Source: Nemertoderma westbladi
Lineage: Eukaryota > Animalia > Xenacoelomorpha
NCBI GenBank assembly: GCA_032718475.1
Contig: JAUCBJ010002663.1
Span: forward strand, 1-42,758
Direction of reading: 5' to 3'
Length of the DNA: 42,758 nt
A program made the translations under genes and the position numbers. Numbering within the stretch: position 1 is the first letter of the stretch; every line of letters starts with the position of its first letter. Below are positions 34,060 through 42,758 of the stretch, in pieces. The notes under the pieces are model-generated. The model did no database searches, had not been told where the DNA came from, and saw only the letters and a program-made list of their open reading frames with translations.

Positions 34060-34480
34060 GTTGCCATGGCATCTAGAAAGTAACATGTTGCATATTTTTC
34101 CTTATACTCGATATAATGGGGTAGAGGTTGATTTAAAAACGCTGCGGCTAATATGTAGCTTGTTTTTAGTCAAGGTTACTCGTTGCTATGGCAACTAGAA
34201 ACTGAAAAGAATGCATATTATTCCTTATACGTGATATAATCGTGGTAGACTACGATTCAATCAAGATAAGACCACTGAATACGCAATATAAAGCCCGTTG
34301 CTATAGACATGGTCAATATTGCTATATTTGAAGGTCGTTTTCGCCTGGTTGCTATGGTATTTTCAAAAAACGAAATATGCCATTAAAATCTTCATATCCA
34401 AAATATTAATCTGCTATAAATTTGAAATCGTAATATCTACTATAAGAGCTGTTGCTATGGCAATTTTCTCCGTTGCTATG
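34060..34480. promoter_or_regulatory. Cluster of RFX X-box-like motifs (GTTGCYATGGCAAC), probably within a repeat element
   Basis: Full or partial matches at 34060, 34182, 34297, 34348, 34451 and 34472. Confidence 0.5.
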
Positions 34481-34840
34481 TTTAAGACCCCCTACAAACC
34501 GAGCGCAACCATTTGGTGAAATCTACCCGAATTTTTTTAATTGTGCCAAGTCTGCACTAAACATCTATGTAGGGTAGCCGAGTCATATATAAAATTCCTA
34601 CGGGGTCATAGACTGGAGCCTGTACTACATGGCCTTAAGCCTACATCGGTTCCATTAGCTGTTCAAATTCTAGAATTAAAATATTGATTAATTACTAAAA
34701 TATAGTTAAACATTCCTTTGAACGATTTTTTATTCCGCATTGACGAGGAGGAATAGTAAAAGCAAGACCGTCATAATTACGATGCCTTTGGTAATAACTA
34801 TTTACATAATTGTGTGTAAAGTAGCACTTTACAGTGTGAT

Positions 34841-35345
34841 GATCCGAGTGGCTTTGTTACACGAACGAACGTTAGTGAGTGAGTGAAAATAAAGCCACGA
34901 GGATCAGAAGAACTTACAACAAGTATGGATGTAGTTTTATTTCAAAATTTTAACATTACGAAATTATTGTACATATACATTATAAGTGATAGAAACTGCA
35001 CAAATTAAATTAGATGCTGTATAAATAAATGTAAAAATGGCATAAATTATGTTATAAATAAGTTAGCTTATATTTATGGTGGCGTTTGGAGCCATGTTAT
35101 AATAATATAGCTAGGCCCTACTGGTTATTAATAGCTATACCCCGCCTACCGGTTGGTAATGCAGTAGGCCTATCTGGCTGTCAAGCAAATTTTCACATAT
35201 TGTTTACGTGGTATCCAATGACGACGTTAAGTAATGTCCCCTTAGTGGACATTACTTAATGCCGTCATGGGATACCACGTAACCAATAACACCAAATAGG
35301 CCTACAATGCAAAATGTACAGGCCAATACAATGCTGTAATGTCCT
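34841..35345. repeat. Copy 2 of the ~490-bp direct repeat
   Basis: Aligns with 21484-21970. Confidence 0.9.
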
Positions 35346-36339
35346 TTCTATTATCGTGAAGTTTTTGTTCTAGAACAAAAATTTGACCTTCTGACAATAA
35401 GATTTTTTGTATGGTAGCTAGTGTTTTTTAAGGTAGCTAGTGTTTTTAAAAGTGTGTTTTTTCGAAGAATCTCATGCAAAACCACTTTGGAGAGTTTAGG
35501 TGGAGATTTCTGCATTAGGAAAGTCCCTTCAACGATCTACTCAAACTTATTAAAACGTATTTACCCTCAATAAAAGATGATTCTAAAGTAACTGAACAAG
35601 ATTTTCATCACCTTATTGTAGCAACAAAAAACATTCTAGAACACTTTAATTGTAAGTGCCTTTCCTTGTATTAAATAAGATTATAGATAGATAATAAACG
35701 TATAAATTAAATTAAAAAAAAATATTTAATAAAAACACTATAGCTAGTAAAAATTACTAGCTAGACATGACTCAGTAGGGATATAACTATAAGTTTAAAT
35801 ATGCGCCAGAAGTAAGGCAAGACGGGGAAGTCGCGTGGTAAGGGTGAACGGGAATAACGAGGTGAATGCGACTGCGACGTGTACGTATAATATAATATCA
35901 TATATATATATAACGCAAAACGCAACGGAACAATAGCGTATAGCAGCGGACCCTAACTAGGTAACGCAGTGCTGCTACGGTAGGATGTAGGTAACACAGT
36001 GCAGCTACGGTACCAGCCAGGGACGGATTAAGGGGGGGGGCAACAGGGGCAGCTGCCGGGGGCCCGTAAGTTGGAAGGGGCCCGCAAGTTGAGAGAAATT
36101 TACAGCACATTATCTCACTGACAGACTGATAAAACAACCTAATTTATTTATTTATTTCTGGCTGTTCAATAAATATTTATATCTCACATATAGCACCATT
36201 GATAGACAGATACGATTAGAGAATGCCATTGAAATAAAATAGAAGGGCCCTTAAATGGTAGGCAACGGATAGCAGAAGCCAATGTTGTAAATATTCATTC
36301 CAGAACATGTAATTATTTAACTTGAGAGTGAACCAGTAG

Positions 36340-38205
36340 TTGGCGGCGGGTCCGTGCCTTGGACAGAAGTCAGGGATCGAGTTCGCTGTCCATAGCCTTA
36401 ACGACGCCTTTGACCGTGATGACTGTGATGGTGTTCTCCAAGTTGATGCCACTAACGCGTTTAACGCCCTCAACCGCCAGGGGGCGCTTCATAATATCCG
36501 CGTGGTGTGTCCCGGACTCCACACAATTGTATCAAATTGTTATAGCGAGCCGGCGCGGCTTTTCGTGGGTGGGGAAACCTTACTGTCAGAGGAGGGAACG
36601 ACTCAAGGGGACCCCGTAGCGATGGCCATGTATGGGTGTGGGGGAATGCCTTTGGTGAACGAGTTGGAACAGGGGTGCACCACGGAGCAGCGGTGGTTCG
36701 CGGATGACGGGAACGCAGCGGGGAGTCTAACCGAACTCAGAAAGTTCTTCGACATCATCGCAGCGCGGGGGCCGCATTATGGGTATTACCCCACCAAGTA
36801 CTGCCTCACGGTGAAGTCGGACAGGTTACTGGAGGCGGAGGAGTTGTTCGCCGGCACCAACATTGCAATTAATATCGTTGGAAGTAAACTTCTCGGTGGC
36901 GTCATTGGCACTGAGGAGTTCCGTCGGCAGTTCCTCTTAGAGAAGGTCGCAGAGTTCGCAGCCGAGGTCGATCGGCTAGCAGATATAGCCGCGGTGGATC
37001 CCCACTGCGCCTACGCGGGACTAGCGTTCGGGCTGGCCTGCCGGTGGCGGTACATAGCGCGGGTCGTACCGGGGGCGACGGAGCAGTTCGGGAAGCTTGA
37101 GGAGTCTGTAGGGCGGTTTCTCTGTCGCCTCACCGACCGGGCAGTTATTCTGACGGAGGAGCGAGAGTTGTTGTCGCTGCCGGTTCGCGACGGGGGGCTG
37201 AATGTCCCGGTCCCTCGGGATCTCGAGTCTCAATACCAGAACTCCCGCCGAGTCTGCGAACCGTTCGTAGGGGCCACCGCAGATACGATGTCGGAAGTTC
37301 GGGAAGAGCAGATCGACATCATAAAGACGCTCAAAATAGTGACAGCAGCTGCAAACAAAGAAAAGAAGGAAGAAGTGTGCAGTAAGCTGCCACAGAATCA
37401 ACAGCAACTGTGTGATCTAGTGGGAGAGAAAGGAGCTTCAGCCTGGCTAAACTGTAAACCTATGACCTTACAGGATACTCACCTCGATAAGGAAGGGTTC
37501 CATGATTCCCTGTGCCTCCGCTACGGGTGGACGCCGCGAAATTTACCGTCTCGTTGTGCCTGTGGGGTGCGATTTACTTCGTCCCACGTGCTGTCGTGCC
37601 CCACCGGAGGGTTCCCCTCCATACGGCACAACGAGATTCGCGATTTCGTCGCCGATACCCTGACGGAAGTGGCACACAATGTCGGGGTGGAACCGCTTCT
37701 GCAGCCACTATCGGGCGAGACGTTCAGCCATCGGTCGACATCGACGGACCAGCAGGCGAGGCTGGATGTGTCGGTGAGCGGATTCTGGGGAAACCGTTTC
37801 CGGAAAACGTTCATCGACGTGTCTGTCTTCAACCCGCTGGCGGACACCAACGCCGCGATGTCCCTTCCGGCATCCCACCTACACCATGAGTCTCGCAAGA
37901 GGCTCAAATACGAAGAGCGGTTGAGGGAGGTGGAGCACGCCAGCTTCACTCCCCTTATATTCTCTGCGTTTGGTGGAGCTTCACCGTCAGCCACACAGTT
38001 TATCAAGCGTCTCGCGTTGAAACTGGCTGACAAACGCGAGGTCCGCTATTCAGAGTGTGTTGTGTGGGTTCGCAGGAGGTTGAGTTTCGCCCTTTTGCGG
38101 TCAGCCCTCCTGTGCCTTCGCGGCTGTCGATCAGCTAAGCGGCGTCCGGTTCGGTGCGACGTGGAGTCGATCATCCACAGCAATGCCGACTGCAACCCGG
38201 CGTAG
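36340..38205 (+). CDS. RT plus CCHC plus restriction-like endonuclease ORF, N-terminally truncated, uninterrupted
   Basis: VDATNAFN, GTTQGDP, WFADDG; CACG-x6-HVLSC, RHNEIRD, RLDV...FIDV...KRLKY. The listed TTG start lies in the TSD and is not a real start. Confidence 0.9.
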   Translation: MAAGPCLGQKSGIEFAVHSLNDAFDRDDCDGVLQVDATNAFNALNRQGALHNIRVVCPGLHTIVSNCYSEPARLFVGGETLLSEEGTTQGDPVAMAMYGCGGMPLVNELEQGCTTEQRWFADDGNAAGSLTELRKFFDIIAARGPHYGYYPTKYCLTVKSDRLLEAEELFAGTNIAINIVGSKLLGGVIGTEEFRRQFLLEKVAEFAAEVDRLADIAAVDPHCAYAGLAFGLACRWRYIARVVPGATEQFGKLEESVGRFLCRLTDRAVILTEERELLSLPVRDGGLNVPVPRDLESQYQNSRRVCEPFVGATADTMSEVREEQIDIIKTLKIVTAAANKEKKEEVCSKLPQNQQQLCDLVGEKGASAWLNCKPMTLQDTHLDKEGFHDSLCLRYGWTPRNLPSRCACGVRFTSSHVLSCPTGGFPSIRHNEIRDFVADTLTEVAHNVGVEPLLQPLSGETFSHRSTSTDQQARLDVSVSGFWGNRFRKTFIDVSVFNPLADTNAAMSLPASHLHHESRKRLKYEERLREVEHASFTPLIFSAFGGASPSATQFIKRLALKLADKREVRYSECVVWVRRRLSFALLRSALLCLRGCRSAKRRPVRCDVESIIHSNADCNPA

Positions 38206-38389
38206 GCGACTGTGGATAACAACCCTCCAAGTTTGGAGGACAGTCAGACAGTATCATATACTAACTGTAGTATTAATTTAACAGTGTATATTTGTCTGGT
38301 TGTTGGTGGTGGTTGCTATGCGATCTGATGTGCATCAGCTGTTTTTACAAGCTTTAATAATAAATATACGGCTATAGTTTAAAAAAAAA
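36344..38389 (+). mobile_element. 5'-truncated RLE-type non-LTR retrotransposon (CRE-like)
   Basis: TSD (A)GTAGTTGG at 36336-36343 and 38390-38397, AATAAA at 38359, A9 tail, GC content well above flanks. Confidence 0.9.
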
Positions 38390-39669
38390 GTAGTTGGATA
38401 AGCAAGGAGTTGCATTTACTATGTTACCTCGATTCGGCTACCCAGACTGGACTCGCAGCTACTACTGTATGCCGCTAGCCAGGCAACCAATAGGGTGAAG
38501 GCGAGTTGATTATATTGGCTGTCTGGCTAGCGGCGTAGCTGTCTGTGGTTGCCAAGTGAAGGAGGTCAATGTGCTGAGCGAAAGGGCTTTCCATCCAATT
38601 TTAACAATGATATTGCATTGGATTGGTACGTTAATTATGAGTGTATTAAGTGCTCATAATACAGTAGTATCGTAATCATTATTGTATTGTTAATAATATT
38701 TTAATTATTTTAATCACTGCGCTGATTCTTCGGAAGTAAATTTTATTTTGTTTCTTTCTTTTTGCATAATTAAATTACTTAAAGCCGCGCCGAGATATAC
38801 ACAATATCCCATAAAATGTTTAAAATACTGTTTAAAGTGTTTAAAAAAATGTTTAAAGTCTAATGTTTAAAGGAAAACGTTAGCAAAAATTTGGATTTGA
38901 ATGAATAGTAATTTATTACTGTATTACAATTATTAACATTTACTTTTCTTTTCAATTAGATTTATCTGAAATCATTCACGAGTTCAGTAGTCACAAAGGA
39001 TGGCAAAATGCGTTTTTTAAGTAATTTTTGTATCTAATTCATTGATTTGCCGATTATTTTCAAAATTATATCACAATCAATCAAAGTCACACATTATTTC
39101 TCAGAATCTGTCAGAATGTCAGTCGTACCTAAATATACAATTGATTGATGTCTTTTGGTGTAAATTTTTTGGAAAAAATAATAATTACTTTTTACCAACG
39201 GGGTCCAAAATTTTTTGCAATTGGTTTTCGTGGGGGGGGGGGGGGGGGGGGATTGGTGGGTTAGGGGCCCGTAAGTTGCGACTGCCGGGGGGCCAGAAAA
39301 TCCATAATCCGTCCCTGGTACCAGCAGCTGTGCAGTCGGCAGGTACCGGTCGTGTGCTGACGTGCTCACCCTGCACCATGTACTGACACACTGTATGTCA
39401 GGCCGACCGTCAGGCCATGTGAGACAGACAGACGGTAGGTCCTAAACGGCTGGCGTAACTTATCTTTTTACCCAGGTTGTGTGCCGAAGGCGAGGCAGGA
39501 ACTACTACTAACTAGGGTGACATCCATTCACCACAGTCAAATAAAGTCAACACAAACATCGGGTAAAGTAAACTGTAAGGCGTACATACGAAATTTAACT
39601 AACTATAAACACACTAAATAGGAGTATACAACTATAATAACAATGGAGCAATGATATAATCGTGTGTGC

Positions 39670-39753
39670 AAAAAAACAGTTGGGACACTTAGGTGTCGAA
39701 CTCGGTATAGTTGGGAGTAGGTACACATGTGTTATCCCCTAAGCTAATCGGGG
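39670..39753 (-). ncRNA. Candidate ~80-nt Pol III (type 2 promoter) RNA, tRNA-derived but not cloverleaf-folding
   Basis: A box TAGCTTAGGGG (39746-39736), B box GAGTTCGACACC (39703-39692), T8-to-G53 spacing of 45 nt as in tRNA, T7 run at 39676-39670. Confidence 0.5.
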
Positions 39754-40030
39754 TGTTGGTAACAGACGGTGTGGGGTGGTATGATAGGGCATACTGGTTG
39801 CACCTCCATATTAGATCGAAATGTTCCAGAACAAGACGAAGAAAGAGTTCAAAATAGTAAGTAATACACCTAAGTTTATCAAACTAAAAGTCACTAAAAG
39901 GGGTTTGTCTCGCCATTAGCGGCTGGAGTCACCACGGGGGATTATAATCTCAGTATGTATATATCGCAACTAACTAACTCGCGGTAGGAGTAGGGGGGGG
40001 GGGGGGGGGGGGGGGGGTGGTTAATCGCAG

Positions 40031-42758
40031 TTAGTCAATGGAGTCGGATGGGGCGAGCCATGTGCACAGGACGCATGCATCAGGTGCGAGTTTCCATTGG
40101 AAACCGTAATATTCGGGTGGTTTGCGCACCCTGTGAGGGCACTGTCGCTGGGTGGAGGGTGGGTCCAGGACAACCGGGGAGGGTTGTGGGGCCGGTAGTG
40201 GCTCCACCGGTGGGCCAAACGTATCCACGGGGGGTGGTGCGCTGGTGGGTTCCTCTGCCAGGGACCTGGCAGGGTAAAACTCGTTGAAGGACTCGGTATC
40301 GGAGTCGGAGTCGTGGTCGACGACTGTAGTGGTTTGTGCGATTCGTGGTACAAGGAAGTAGTTGGCCTGTCGGACCCTGTGAGACGCGCTGGTCGCGTGG
40401 TTAGCAAGGCGATGGTCGTGTTGGGTGGAGATGATCGCAGTGTCGTCCAATGGGAGTTGGTCACCGGTAAATTGATCACGCTGCAAGAGGATCTCGCGGG
40501 CGGACAGCCTGTGAGCACGGAGTCAGACATTAAGGTGGGCCGCCGTAATGGCAAGGGATGTGGATGAAAATGGTCCGCCGGAGGGATGGAGCTTAAATAG
40601 CTTGGCTTGCAGTTCTCCGATGGCATGTTCGGCGACAGGATTTTTGTTAATATTCTTCTGGGTGCCGACTTCGAGGAGGAGGTGGTGGGACTTGAGGGTG
40701 GGGTCACCAACGAGGGCCTGAAAGCCTGGGCCGGGATCAGTCTGGATGACAGCGAGGGGGCCGCTAAGGGGACACATACCAAAGGCCAGGATTATTAGGG
40801 CGTCACGCAGAGTGTCCTGTTGTTCGTCGGGAATGATGACGGCATTAGAGTAGGATGACACAGTTTCGCGAATAAGAAGGATCCAAAGTGAATGGCGGCG
40901 GAAGACATCGGTGGCAAACGACTTGTGGACGACAGGGGGTGGATCGAGGGAGGTCTGGGGTACTATGCGAGGGGGGGCCGTTGCCAGGGCGACGCATTGG
41001 TGGCACTGGGCAGACACTTCGTTAAGGCCGTGGTCGAGATCTAGTGCGTGGAAGTATTGGGAGAAGGTGTTACAGAGCTGGGCCCGGGACTGGTGTAGCA
41101 ACTCGAGGTGGAGGGAGGTAAGGAGTCCCGCAAGGGCGGAATGGGGTACGACAATAATGTCATAGGGAGACATGAATGGGCACTGGCGGCAGATGACTAT
41201 GAGACTGGAGGGGGCAAGGAGGAAGATGCCCAGGTACCATTTAACATCGCGTCTGTCGGTAATACGCTTGGAAGGTCATGTGCTGGACACAAGATGTTCT
41301 GCAACACGGACGAGGTCGGCGCACTCACGTTGGGTAGCCAGCCACGAGGGTCAGCTAGCGTAGAGGGGGCACGGGTCACCCAACTCGGTGAACGCGAAGC
41401 ACCTCGGGGACGGGTAAGGGGGCGTACTCCTGGGTGGCTGTGTTGCGAGAGGTACTACGGGGGACTCAGCAACGGATGCGACAAAGGAACAAACCTGACA
41501 CACTGGGAGAGAGCATGGCTCGACGTTGCGACTCTGAAAGTCGGCCGGTAGGTTAGTGGTTCCCTTGATGTGGTAGATAGTTACTTGGGCCTGGCTAGCG
41601 ATAGATAGAAAGGTTGACAGGCGGGGACTGTTGGAGTAAGCGCCGCGGGACAGCTTTTTGTATGCCTCAACGCAGGGTTTACTGTTGGTGAGGACATGCG
41701 ACTGCTTGGAGGAGCTAATGAAATACGGGAGGAAGTGTTGCACTGTGGCAGCAATGGTGAGTGCTTCTAACTCGCACGGGAGCCAGGTTCGCTGGTGGGC
41801 CTTTAGCTTGGCAGAGTAAAAGCCGCAGAGGAGGAGTTCCTTACCGCGTTTAGAATACAACACTGCACCTAGGCCGTCGACGGATGATGCAGTAATGAGG
41901 AAGAGTTCATCGCTGGGACGCGGGATGGTGACGGACCGGCACGACTGGATGGTGGCTTGGGAGCGGTGGAGGACTGTGTTAAGCTCGGGCGACCAAGTGA
42001 CGGAATCGCCGAGTTTGGGTGTAAGGAGGGACTCGAGTGCGGAGAAGCGCGGGAGGACATGGGCGAGAATCTTGTAAGATCCTAGGTATGAACGGAGATC
42101 CCGAACTGTGGCTGGGATGGGACACCGGGACAATGCGGACGTGATGGGGGTAGATGCGGATAACGAACCGTTGGACATGACCAACCAAGGATGGTGGTGG
42201 TCTGAGGGCAGATAAACGTCTTCTAGGTGGATAGGCGTAAGTCGGCGCGATGGAGGGTATGGTAGAGCTGTGTGAAGTTCGCGAGGAGTTCGGGGATGGT
42301 GTTGCCACCACAATATATGTCGTCGGCGAGTTTGACGAAGGATCCCTGGATGAGAAGGTCGCCAAGGACTCGGGACATAAGTTCCTCGAGTGCGGTTTTG
42401 CTGCTGGGCATGCCCATGGCGCAGCGCCTGTACACGCGCATGGAGCGGAAGGGAGTGGATACTCTACAGAAGCACATCGACTCACGTTGGAGAGGAATCT
42501 GGTAGAAGGCGCTGGTGAGATCCGCTTTGACGAGATATTTAAACCGTCCGAGGGAACGGATGGTTGACTCGATGTCGGGGAGGAATGTGGGTAGGGGTTT
42601 ACAATAGCGTGCGATCTCGGTAAATGCGGTAACCAACCGGGAGCCGCCATTGGGTATGGCGGCGAGGAAGCTCGGGTTGATGGTAATGCCGGCGAGCTCG
42701 GGGCGGATGAAAACGCCGAGGCATTCAAGTGAATCGAACTGTTCTTGGAGTTCTACGA
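40031..42758 (-). pseudogene. pol: Decayed Ty3/Gypsy pol (RT, RNase H, integrase); continues beyond the window
   Basis: KADLTSAFYQIP, KLADDIYCGG, GLGAVLY, WLPCELEAL, FATDV, IQTDPGPGF, NPVAEHAIGEL and terminal RVRKPPEYY; several frameshifts. Confidence 0.9.

Larger units (their letters stand above)
36018..39317. mobile_element. Non-autonomous hAT-type DNA transposon carrying a nested CRE-like insertion
   Basis: 13-bp TIR CAGGGACGGATTA / TAATCCGTCCCTG, 8-bp TSD GTACCAGC (36010-36017 and 39318-39325), subterminal GGGCCC motifs, no transposase ORF. Confidence 0.92.

Noticed and set aside
39420-39505. GACA repeats and GCC-GAA-GGC mini-hairpin suggesting a Helentron-type end
   Set aside because: Could not identify the matching terminus or insertion site.
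39718-39720. CTA at the anticodon-equivalent position of the Pol III cassette (amber suppressor idea)
   Set aside because: Anticodon, acceptor and T stems do not pair, so it cannot be a functional tRNA.

Overview
Eukaryotic (probably animal) repeat-dense DNA, with no prokaryotic genes, rRNA, intact tRNA or CRISPR. It holds: (1) the 3' 7.2 kb of a BEL/Pao LTR retrotransposon with open pol, a hairpin tandem array, and an extra ORF in the env position encoding a DEDDy-type 3'-5' exonuclease plus three CCHC knuckles; (2) a GGGATTT-rich minisatellite and an 84-bp satellite interrupted by a 5'-truncated CR1/L2-group LINE, then a related 68-bp satellite; (3) one intronless host-like gene for a secreted, Cys-rich, probably GPI-anchored protein; (4) a solo LTR and a full-length decayed sister BEL element (22131-33289, TSD AGGTG) inserted in an RTE-like relic; (5) a non-autonomous hAT element containing a CRE-like RT/RLE retrotransposon; (6) a decayed Ty3/Gypsy pol followed by a Pol III-like small RNA cassette. 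The best leads are the BEL exonuclease cassette with its conserved RNA-structure elements, a non-tRNA PBS complementary to the element's own LTR (possible self-priming), and the Pol III-like cassette. All family assignments come from manual motif recognition, with no database searches.
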